64,000 bases of DNA from Lingula anatina (Eukaryota > Animalia > Brachiopoda). The notes beneath the pieces were generated by a model, which worked only from the letters and a program-made list of their open reading frames with translations, was not told the origin of the DNA and did not search any database. Below are positions 50,569-60,261 of the stretch, one piece after another; position 1 is the first letter of the stretch, and every line of letters begins with the position of its first letter. Position numbers and translations under genes: made by a program. The stretch is taken from NCBI GenBank assembly GCA_051362555.1, contig CM120646.1, positions 1,054,001 through 1,118,000 on the forward strand, written 5' to 3'.

Positions 50569-52476
50569 TCAATGTTCATGATCATGATCAATAATCGAAA
50601 TATTTCTAAAATTTGAGTGAGAGCAAGGGCAATCATCTGCTGTTGGGCAGGTGATTGAGAATACAAGCACTGGTATAAGACTGACCAGTAGCAGGACAAT
50701 GACTCCAATGATAATAACAATCTTGGTGTGTTCTGGTGACACCCGCTGCTTGGAGACAACACCAACGCGCGCCTTAGGCCGCTGCATCAAAAAAGCCAGC
50801 ATTAAAATCATCCCGCAAACGGCACTGAGTGCGATCACCCACTGATCGCATTTCACGTGATCGTAATCCATGTTTTCCTCGTCGTAACGGATCCCTTTCA
50901 TGTTCCCAACGATGTTCCAAAAAATCAGCATCACGGTGCTCAGCGTGACAGTAATTATCCAATATTTGTCAATGGTAACGCCGTGCCAGTGGGAAAAATA
51001 GCCTCTTGATCGACAAGGCGCTGTGTAAAACACGCCCATTGTTACATCCCACCCAAATTCTGCGTTCTCTGGTTGGTCGCCTTGAAGCACACGTGACTCT
51101 ACGTCACGGCGCAGGTGCGTGTACGACGATTGCAATTTGATCAGAGCAGCAGAAATGGCGTACCATGGCGGCAAGAAAATAATTCCGATCCGCAAGATCT
51201 CAATAACGTTCCGAATCCAATTCAGAAAGTCGTTGTCTTTGCCATTGATAAAGACGTTGGAATATATAAGCACAGTTCCCGACCCAAAGTACATGATATG
51301 GATAATAAAGTTATCGATTTCAAGCAAAGAATCGGTTTGTCGCCAAAGAAATTTTTCCTTGATGATTCGAAGTGATTTTACGGGTCCAAATCTTTGCATT
51401 TTCTCCCTAAATCGGTCAAGTAGACGGGCGTGGCATTTGATGTATTGGGCAATGACAAGGCTCGCCGTCCCGTATGCTAAAACGGGTAGAAATAAGATAA
51501 CGTTTATGGGGAAAGTAACGCCGTAACATTCCGCAATAGTTCTCCGAATATGTTCATCCTTTGCTACGTTAAAAAACAATAGGTCCACTTTAAACTCCTG
51601 GTCAGTTGCACAGTCCAAACTTGTGTCAATGATGTCGATGCCAACGAACAAGCAATAGTAGAGAAACAGCTGAAAAACCGGGCGCATCTGAGAACGGCTG
51701 GCGATGTTCCTTCGGACGCTGAACAACTTGAATCGCGAAAAATTCCTCAACCAACGAAGCGCGTGGTAAAACTGGTTGAATATGACAAACTGTACCAGAA
51801 GGTAATACAAAAGGAACAGCGTGGTCCCAGAGTTACAGTAGAGCTTCAATTTGTCACCAAGGCGACTGCTTGGAATGAAACCCAGCATACATACGATCAA
51901 GATGAAAGCGTAGGAGAAGCAGTAAAGCATCCCTAGCGTACATAGCACTAGCCAAATGTAGTATCTCCAGCGGCCTGGGTAACTTTTGAATCGGTCTTTT
52001 TCTTGCGTCAGAAGGGTAAAATCGTCCAGAAGTTCTCGGTCGACCATGATGCTGTTTCTCTGGGCAACCTCCTTGAACGGGTTTGGGAGCCCAAACATGG
52101 CCACCAGAGACGCCACATCCGGGACTTCAGGAAGAACATCAGGCTGTTTTTTACTGCGTCTGGTTTTCACGAACTGAAGTCCCACGTCCTGGTTTTGACC
52201 GAAGACCAAACTGCCCAGACTGTCTTCGCTAGCCTGTTTATCTGAAGAATTGTCTCTGGAAATGTCGGGTCTTGAAGAGAAATCATCACGAGAAGAAAAA
52301 CCGTCGACAGAGTAGGAGTCCTTGTGGATCACACTTTGGGCAAGAACGCCGAGTTCATTTTGTTCTAAATCCGTTTCTGTATTTTCCCGCTCTTTGATGG
52401 AAGCGTCATTTCTGATGTCCATCAAAAACCGCAAATGCCTAGAAGGGCTAGCTGTTTCCTCTTGAATGTCGGCCAT
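50569..52476 (-). CDS. 635-aa single-coding-exon multi-pass membrane protein, gustatory-receptor-like (7TMIC/GRL) candidate with about 9 hydrophobic segments
   Basis: Long uninterrupted ORF with higher GC/CpG than its surroundings; about 170-aa polar N-terminus, then hydrophobic helices; segment 7 preceded by GYFSHWHGVTID. A splice acceptor (ctttcatcag) 2 nt before the ATG implies a 5' UTR intron. The ORF is well supported; the family call is tentative. Confidence 0.8.
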   Translation of the reverse strand: MADIQEETASPSRHLRFLMDIRNDASIKERENTETDLEQNELGVLAQSVIHKDSYSVDGFSSRDDFSSRPDISRDNSSDKQASEDSLGSLVFGQNQDVGLQFVKTRRSKKQPDVLPEVPDVASLVAMFGLPNPFKEVAQRNSIMVDRELLDDFTLLTQEKDRFKSYPGRWRYYIWLVLCTLGMLYCFSYAFILIVCMLGFIPSSRLGDKLKLYCNSGTTLFLLYYLLVQFVIFNQFYHALRWLRNFSRFKLFSVRRNIASRSQMRPVFQLFLYYCLFVGIDIIDTSLDCATDQEFKVDLLFFNVAKDEHIRRTIAECYGVTFPINVILFLPVLAYGTASLVIAQYIKCHARLLDRFREKMQRFGPVKSLRIIKEKFLWRQTDSLLEIDNFIIHIMYFGSGTVLIYSNVFINGKDNDFLNWIRNVIEILRIGIIFLPPWYAISAALIKLQSSYTHLRRDVESRVLQGDQPENAEFGWDVTMGVFYTAPCRSRGYFSHWHGVTIDKYWIITVTLSTVMLIFWNIVGNMKGIRYDEENMDYDHVKCDQWVIALSAVCGMILMLAFLMQRPKARVGVVSKQRVSPEHTKIVIIIGVIVLLLVSLIPVLVFSITCPTADDCPCSHSNFRNISIIDHDHEH

Positions 52477-53983
52477 TTCTGATGAAAGATATTTGGTTTG
52501 AAAGTTAATTAATTAATTAATAAAATACCGTACATGTACTTCACTATAAAAATGAATGTGGGATAGTGCCCGTCCAGTTAAGCAAAATAAAACATCATCT
52601 AATATGTACAGTAATAGTATGTAAAATATACCCGTGGACCAAGCGTTAAGAAGAGACTATGCATAACTATTCAATTATTATTCGTTAATGCTTACTCTGA
52701 TTGCATTCTCTGCAGGAGCACCCGTAGACTTTTGAAAATTATAACCACAGTTACAAAGATACACAAAATTTACCCAAAAAGGCAATATTCTGCTTCTGAT
52801 ATTTACGCAGTTACGCTGTTGTGTCCTGCGATTGCGACCCAGTTTCAGTTTTGTTCTCCACAAATAATTTTACATAAAATGGTGAGAGAAAAACATTTTC
52901 TTTTCGGGGAAAAAGTTGTACGCCAAGTGCATCCATGCGTACAGTACGCCTGTGGGCGCCCGTACTATTCACTAGATACACCCCAAAGTGTATAGCTGAA
53001 AAACTCACCACTGTTTTCTGGAGAGAGACATCCTCTGCGTCTGTTGCCAAACAATAGGCTTACATGATGTCAAAACGCCCTGTCAACTTATCTGATACCA
53101 GAACTTTATCTCCCGTAGTGCTATACCAGTGCATTGCACCAACAAAATAGGAAATCAAATCAGAACCAAGTTAAACCGGTAATCTATGGCCGATGATGGC
53201 ACATACATGTACAATAGGAACGTGCCAGGATGGTTCTGGCTGTTTGGGAGTTTCAAAGAATCGCTTTGTTTTGCCGGATAAAGTCCTCTCTTAATCAAAA
53301 GTTCGTTCTAGGTTCGATCATTGAAATATATCGTTGACTTCTACGATGTACTGGTATTATCATAGTACCATACACTGACTATGCGGCGTAAGTGAAAAGA
53401 AATCACTTACATTGTAGTTGTATCCTGTGAAAATTAAATGTTTTTAACAAAAATATTGAAGCTATAATAAAGATATTTATGCAACAACAAACTACAGACT
53501 TGAGATTAATTAATTTTATTAAAGCTTCAAAATACTTCATATATTGCACCCACATATATCAGCATCTTGCATATGTTTTGCTCTTAAGGCTACACTTGGC
53601 AAAATTAAAATATTATCACTATTTTTGCATCTTCAATTTCTCTTGGCACTACAAGCAGGTTATTTATCAAATTGATGGAGTTCTTTCCATAGTCCCCAAC
53701 AGGATATTTAAAGGGATAAACACCTTTAATTCAACTGCTTTCTACATGTACCCCGGTACCTTATTTTCAATTACTGTTGGCTTCTTTTCTTGTTAGATGA
53801 CACTGTACAATTGTGGTGGGTCCTTTTGCATGACTGTGAACGTTACCCTAGGTTCTAGATTTCTGTATTGCCAGCTCGATCTTTATTTCATATATAACCC
53901 ACAACAGCAATACTGCACTGTAAAGCTATTGCATGAAAAGGTATATAGTGAGCAAGCTAGCTTTATAGTGCCCCGACACTCAG

Positions 53984-54410
53984 GGCAGCGAATGCTGGCA
54001 TATCTCCAGTAACACCAATAAGAAAGTGGAGGCTACAGAAATGCGGTACCTTAAAAGATTGTTGAGAGTGTCCTGGATGTAAAGAAAGGCCAATGTAAAA
54101 GTGTTACAACTTGAAGGAGTACAATGCTCACTGATAAAACAAATCAGAAAAGGACAAATGAAATCTCTAGGCCATACCATCAGAAAAGACAAAATAAAAT
54201 AACTTATACTCTGTTGGAAAATTGAAGGAAGACGAAGGAAAAGGAAAACAAAAAACATCATACATTGATAGCCTAATGCCTTTGCAACAAATCAACAACA
54301 ACTGTCTAACAACAAGCTCATCGAATTGACTGAAATAGAATACATGTACGTAAACTGGAGGACCATGATTGTTGATGCCTGCACCAGGCCTGACACATGA
54401 AGAAGAAGAA
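53984..54410 (+). mobile_element. 5'-truncated, degenerate RTE-clade LINE 3' end
   Basis: Translates GSECWHIS...KKVEATEMRYLKRLLRVSWM*RKAN..VL...IRKGQMKSLGHTIR...KIEGRRRK (RTE ORF C-terminus, with stops); ends in a (GAA)n tail. Confidence 0.8.
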
Positions 54411-54436
54411 TACCAATGTCACAATTGGCACTTTTG

Positions 54437-54553
54437 TACCCTCTACCAGGGCGACAGATAGACTGTAGACTACAGACCAAAATGACCGTCTATCTATCTA
54501 GACACATATCTGTGAATATCTGTCAAATCTATCTGTCGCCCTGGTAGAGGGTA
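54437..54553. mobile_element. 117-bp MITE with 26-bp TIRs and 9-bp TSD GCACTTTTG (Mutator-like)
   Basis: TACCCTCTACCAGGGCGACAGATAGA / TCTATCTGTCGCCCTGGTAGAGGGTA; truncated copy at 28170-28254. Confidence 0.8.
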
Positions 54554-54862
54554 GCACTTTTGCAACCTTGTAGATATATATGTGGCATAATAGCTCTCTA
54601 TATAAAAAAGAAATACTGTTTTAAAATGTATAGTACAGTAATGTGTCATGACTTTGTAAATAGATATTAAGGAAAGTTTTTTTCATGTCTTCACATCTGT
54701 GAAGTACTAAGAAAGCAAAATTTGCACCATTTCTAGCATTAAATCAAGATACTAGCATAGAGTACATTTGCACATGTAGCTTTGTTGTCTCATTAAGTGG
54801 AATGGACCATTTATAATGTTACATGTTACCTCATTTAATAATTGGCATTATATGTCCTATTG

Positions 54863-55030
54863 CAGGGGTGGATTTAGGCCATCTTCTGGGTCTTCCGGAA
54901 GACGATCAGATTTTTAAGTTTACATTGATGGGTATCTAATTTTTTTTGTCGGAAGACGGTCAAAAATTGAGGCTTGATCACTGAAGATAATTTGGAAGCC
55001 TGTCAGAAAATAACTCTGGATCTGCCCCTG
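54863..55030. mobile_element. CAGGGG-terminal MITE, 6-bp TSD CTATTG
   Basis: TIR CAGGGGTGGAT / ATCTGCCCCTG; internal similarity to 44799-44963. Confidence 0.75.
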
Positions 55031-55486
55031 CTATTGAATGTGTACAACTTAACTGCATTCAATATTAACCAACAATATCTCATTCACCTTATCAAGCACC
55101 ATTGTTATCAATTGATAATGGACACAATTACATGTACATCTAATACTCAGATTTACACAATTTGATATATTGCACAGTTACAAACTAACTCTCTTGATTG
55201 CTGAGTTTATTGTGCAGATTGGGTCACAAAAGTTACTGAAAACCTTAATTAGCTGGTACCATTGTAAAAGAGTTGCCTTTAATAGACCCTTAAACTAAAT
55301 GGGGTGCAAAATGGAACCGCCTGTACTTGGGGCTGCACTCAGTAGGGTTGGGAGGGTGGGGAGAGAGGGTTTGGGGGGATGATGGTGCAAAATAACTGCC
55401 CCTGTGCCAGGCAAATGGCCACTGTGAATTTTAATTTAAAAAGCTTGTTCTAGCAATCTACATAACATAAAATCAAGCAAGACTTA

Positions 55487-55700
55487 GGGCGCATTCCCAT
55501 AGATTTTAGATCAATCTATCCCTGTAGGGAGTCTCACTAGATTACTGTCAGATTATCTGGCTTAAATGTCCATCCTGCCTACTACAAGCTGTAAGGGGGT
55601 GATTAACTTTCGTGCCCGCTTAGCTGACAGCAATTTAGTGTGAACCCCCAGGGACTTAGGTCAATCTAGTTGGATCGATCTAATCTCTGGGAATGGGGTC
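55487..55700. mobile_element. PIF/Harbinger-type MITE, family 2
   Basis: TIR GGGCGCATTCCCA / TGGGAATGGGGTC; TTA TSD; inverted copy at 59718-59932. Confidence 0.72.
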
Positions 55701-56043
55701 TTATTCTGCTCTGATTCAAAAATGAACCCAAGTTTAATTCCATTTTTCAATTTAGGCCAACTAAGACATACACACAGTTTGATGTAAAGATTAATTATAA
55801 ATGTACTTGTTTGTCATACAATAGTATACGTATGTATTGCTGTACTTTGTTAGTGGCTATTAGCAGTCTCCTATACTAAAACTTTTGAAATTTTTAATGT
55901 AACGTAATGGATATACTGTATTTCTTGTCTTCTTGCTTTTCTTATTAACCACATGAAAAATTTCACAAACCGATAGCCCAGGTTCTATAACAAAGGTAAA
56001 TAATGTAACATAATAAATGAAAAAAAAAATATGGAAACTGCAT

Positions 56044-56315
56044 TTATGCGCGGTTGTACGTGACAAGGAATTCTGGGTAGCATAGCTGCTGGTCGTAGAT
56101 TACAAACTCCCTGAATAGCTTCTGAACGTCTCCGCAAATAGTGTCGTACTGAGGATGCTTTGTACAAATATCAGCATTTCCAGCAGTTCCACACGCAGGG
56201 TTCATACAAGGAGGTTTGGAATACTTCTTAATGGCGGTGCAGTGGAAAACTTTCCCCAGCAGTACTCGCATAATAATCATCTGTAAATTCTGTGTCTGAC
56301 GTGCATTTTTTGGAT
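56044..56315 (-). CDS. PARP last exon (catalytic C-terminus, stop TAA)
   Basis: ttttag acceptor; FREFVIY...YPEFLVTY. Confidence 0.92.
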
Positions 56316-59300
56316 CTAAAATGACATCAAAAATTAAGAATTAGTGAGACCTACAATTTAGATCCCTTCAAAGAAAAAAAGGGCAATTGAATATCATTTT
56401 CAAAATATTATTACACACAGATTCAGATGAAGTTGTGATAATGTCTTTCTTCGTTTGAAAAACTGTCCTGGAATTTGCATCAAAATCTGTAAAGATCTTT
56501 TTTCAGGCATTAACAAACTGACACACTGACAAACCAATGTCAATGAAAATAAAACCTTCCTCACTGGCAGAGGTAAAAAATACTATATCTTTTCACATAA
56601 ACTGTATATTTCACTACTTTTCTGCTCCTTTTTTTTGTGAAAACATTAACGCCACATACTAGTATTAGATAATCAGATGTTTTACTATAAACTTATGTTC
56701 AGTGCAGAACACCAAAACGCAAAATACAAGTACTAGTAAATAAAGATAATTAACTTAATCACGAATAAGTTAAATAAGACGGTTAAGAATAAATATGTTT
56801 TAAGTATGAGCATAACTAATATAAAACAACATAAAAGAGAAGTTTTCTTAAATCTTAGTACCCCAAAAAAACGAAAAAAAAAATCATCTTGAACTCTATG
56901 GCTGCATTCAGAAGAAATTAATCTACACACTAACAGATTGGCAGATCAAATATGGCAGTGTGTAGATTAATTTGACAGTGTGCTGCTTAATCCCCTATTA
57001 GGCACTGAATGGGGATTGGGCGATAAGCTTTCAAGTGGTGGTCATATTTGATCCACAGATCTGTTAGTCCATGGATCAACTTCTGTTGTGAATGTGGCCT
57101 ATAAATACTTTAAAGAATCGTACCTGAATACTGATCCGCCTTGGTGGATTTCTCAGCAAAGTAAATTCCTCTGCCAAACATGCCTGTGTCTTGACCCAGT
57201 TTCTCAGTGGGGCCTGACATTAACATTCCCTCCACTGCTTCTGCCTTGGTGCCATGGAACAGGTAGCATTCGTTGATCTCTTCCACTAGATCATAATTCC
57301 TTGATAAATTTGGAAGTGTTTGTATGACCCTCTGTGTTTCAACTTGTCTGATTCGCACACTCCTTAATTTGTGAAGAGCTTTGATTTCTCCATTTGCAGC
57401 TTCCAAACAAAACTCACGTCTACGTCCTGCGTAGCGATGGTATAATTTTGGATTTTCAATCCTCTGTACTTTGGTAATTTGAAGCTTTCTGTGGGTTAAT
57501 CCATGTGCATCTCGACCTTGTCCTACTTTACTGGAATCAAAGGTCTGAATCATGAGTTGTACTACCTCATTGAAAGTGGCGTCATCATCATGAAGTCTAA
57601 CAAGTTTATATGGCTTTTGGCTTTTTCCTGTTATCAAACCTTTCACATTAGAGAACATTGTCTTTAAAGGGTTAGTGAAATGGGTCCAGTAATCTGGTTC
57701 ATTATTGTCCAAGCTTCCTGCTAGAAATCGAACATACTCCACACGGTTTCCACGTCTCTGATAAGATTTTTTCTCTTCTCTTTGTCTTTGGGAGTCTAGA
57801 TCACCTACACTTCCAGACAGCAATTTTTTGTTGGCAAATTCTAAGACGTCTGACTTTGCCATAGCAACCCTGCTTCGTTCTCCTGTTATTATGACTTCAG
57901 ATCGTCTTTTATCTAAAATACGGTAAATGACATATGATTATTTTAACTGACACTTTAATTTTAAACCTAAAATGTATCTTAGTTTGCACATCTAAACAAA
58001 AGCAGCAAGTTTTTCAATATTGTGTACATATAGTTTCAGTTATTACAAAAATACTGTATAAATATTTATTATTTGTTTAAGAAAAATCATCAATCCACTT
58101 TCTCTTTTCAGAGACATAAGTCAAAACACAAAATAAAAAATTCCACACAATGAACAAAATTTCCAAATTCCTTTTCATACCTATTCTTAGTTCCACTCCT
58201 TTCTTTGCTATTTCGCTCTCCAGTTTTCCAAACTCTCTTCCTCCAAAATGTCTCATAAGATGCTTGTCAATCGAGACCACCTGTTTGTCACAATTTTCCT
58301 TGAGGGCAGATTCCACACTACCTCTCACTGCTTGTGCTTTTCCTTGAGACTCAGCAAAAATGTGAAAAACAGGATAAGGTTGTCTGATTTCTTTGGGTTC
58401 AAACGAAGTGGTTTGGACATCATCATGATCTGAAATATTTTTTAAAACATAAAATTAGACCTTTTTTTAACTAAAACTATTTAAATTTTACAAAAATCTA
58501 TTATAGTGCCTGTAACAAAACAGGCATGAGTATAATCCCATAAAAGCTCTTTATGTTGCTGACAAGAATATACTTAGGTAATGTTATCTAGTCTACACTG
58601 CCAAAAATATTATTGTAGGCCATTCACTTAGCATTCAGTAATACACTCAGTTTTGTAATGTCATATAATGTCATACAACATTGTAACAATGCCTCATTTT
58701 GACTGCATATTGAAGTGGCGTGATCCGTATTGAGTGGCGTTTAGGTCACATTCACAACAGCCGACCAACAGATCCACGGACCAAATATGGCCTTCCACTT
58801 AAAAGCTTGCTGCATAATCCCCTAATAGACACTAAATAGATTTCCTGCAGGGATTATGTGACAAGCATTCAAGTGGGTCGGTCATATTTGATCTGGGGAT
58901 CTGTAAGTCTGCTGTTGTGAGTGCAGCCTTAGATTGATCTTTGCAACAATTCTCATTTTTAAAAATTAAAATGCCAGGCCCATAGCCAGGGGGAGTTCGG
59001 GGGGTTCAAATGAACTGCCCTTTTTGCTGAGAAAAGGTCCACTCTGGGTAAAATTTAATCTAGGTACATGAAGCTTTTTATAGAAAAAGGTCCCCATTTT
59101 CAGAAAAAGAACCCCCCTTTTGAAATTGCTGGCTACGGGCCTGAATGCCCTGATTGCCTGATGCCCTGATGTCTTGTCTACTTCCCTACTAAAACTTTCT
59201 ACAGAAATCCAGGGCTACTGGAGGAGGAATCGTACCAGAGGAATCATACAATCACCTATACTCTCATCATTTTATAATGAAGACTACAGACATACAGCTT

Positions 59301-60219
59301 ACCTTGAGAATGTTGTCTACTGTGGCGCCCTCTAGGAGATCTTCCTCCTGACTTGGATGCTAGCTCATCTTGGAAGTCTTGGAAGGTGTTGGCATCATAT
59401 ACCATTAGGTTGACATACTGAAAGAGACAGCAAAACAATAAATAACAATTGTTTATTATATAATTTTATATAACATAGATGGGGAACAGTGCCAGTGTGC
59501 CCACAAGTAATTTGTAGCAACAGAAAATGTGTTAGACTTACCCCGGTACATTTAACCTGTATCTATGACAAAAAAAATGAACAACATCTACAATTTGAGA
59601 TGCCAACAACATTAAATTATCAAACAAATTACAGACAGTACCTGGATGAAGCTACAGGACTTAAATTTAACCCTTAGACTTATCTACAAAAATAAATAAA
59701 TAAGTAAATAACACCTAGACTGCATTCCCACAGATTTAGATCGATCCATCTGGATTGACCTAACTCCCTAGGGGGTTCATGCTAAACTGCTGTCTGCCGA
59801 GTGCCCACTATAGTGAATTACCCCCTTACAGCTTTCAGTTCGCAAGACAGACATTTAAGCCAGTTAAGCTGACCCCAATCTAGTGAGACTCCCCAGGGGG
59901 ATAGATCGATCTAAAATCTGTGGGATGGCTTCCTACACTGACAATTTGACATGCAAACAAAATGTGCACCAATCAATCAATAAATCAATCAATCAATCAA
60001 ACTCAGCACCTTCAGACTTGTTCTTCCTTTGGAAAGTTTTTGGCACTCCTCCAGAATAGTTTGAGCCACCAGCGGCGGGCTATACTTGAGGTTACCGCAG
60101 CCAATGGAGGGAAACGCTATGGAAGTGAGGTCATCCTTTGATGCCGTTTGGAGACATTCAGAGATAACTCTGCTTAGGATCTGCAATTAATGAAAAAGAG
60201 CTCTGATTGTACAGAAAGA

Positions 60220-60261
<42 letters not shown>

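Noticed and set aside
50651-52245. Plus-strand ORFs (up to 135 aa) overlapping the membrane-protein gene
   Set aside because: Antisense shadows of a GC-richer CDS
59150-59256. Extra PARP exon
   Set aside because: In-frame stop in the required phase; flanking exons already join in frame
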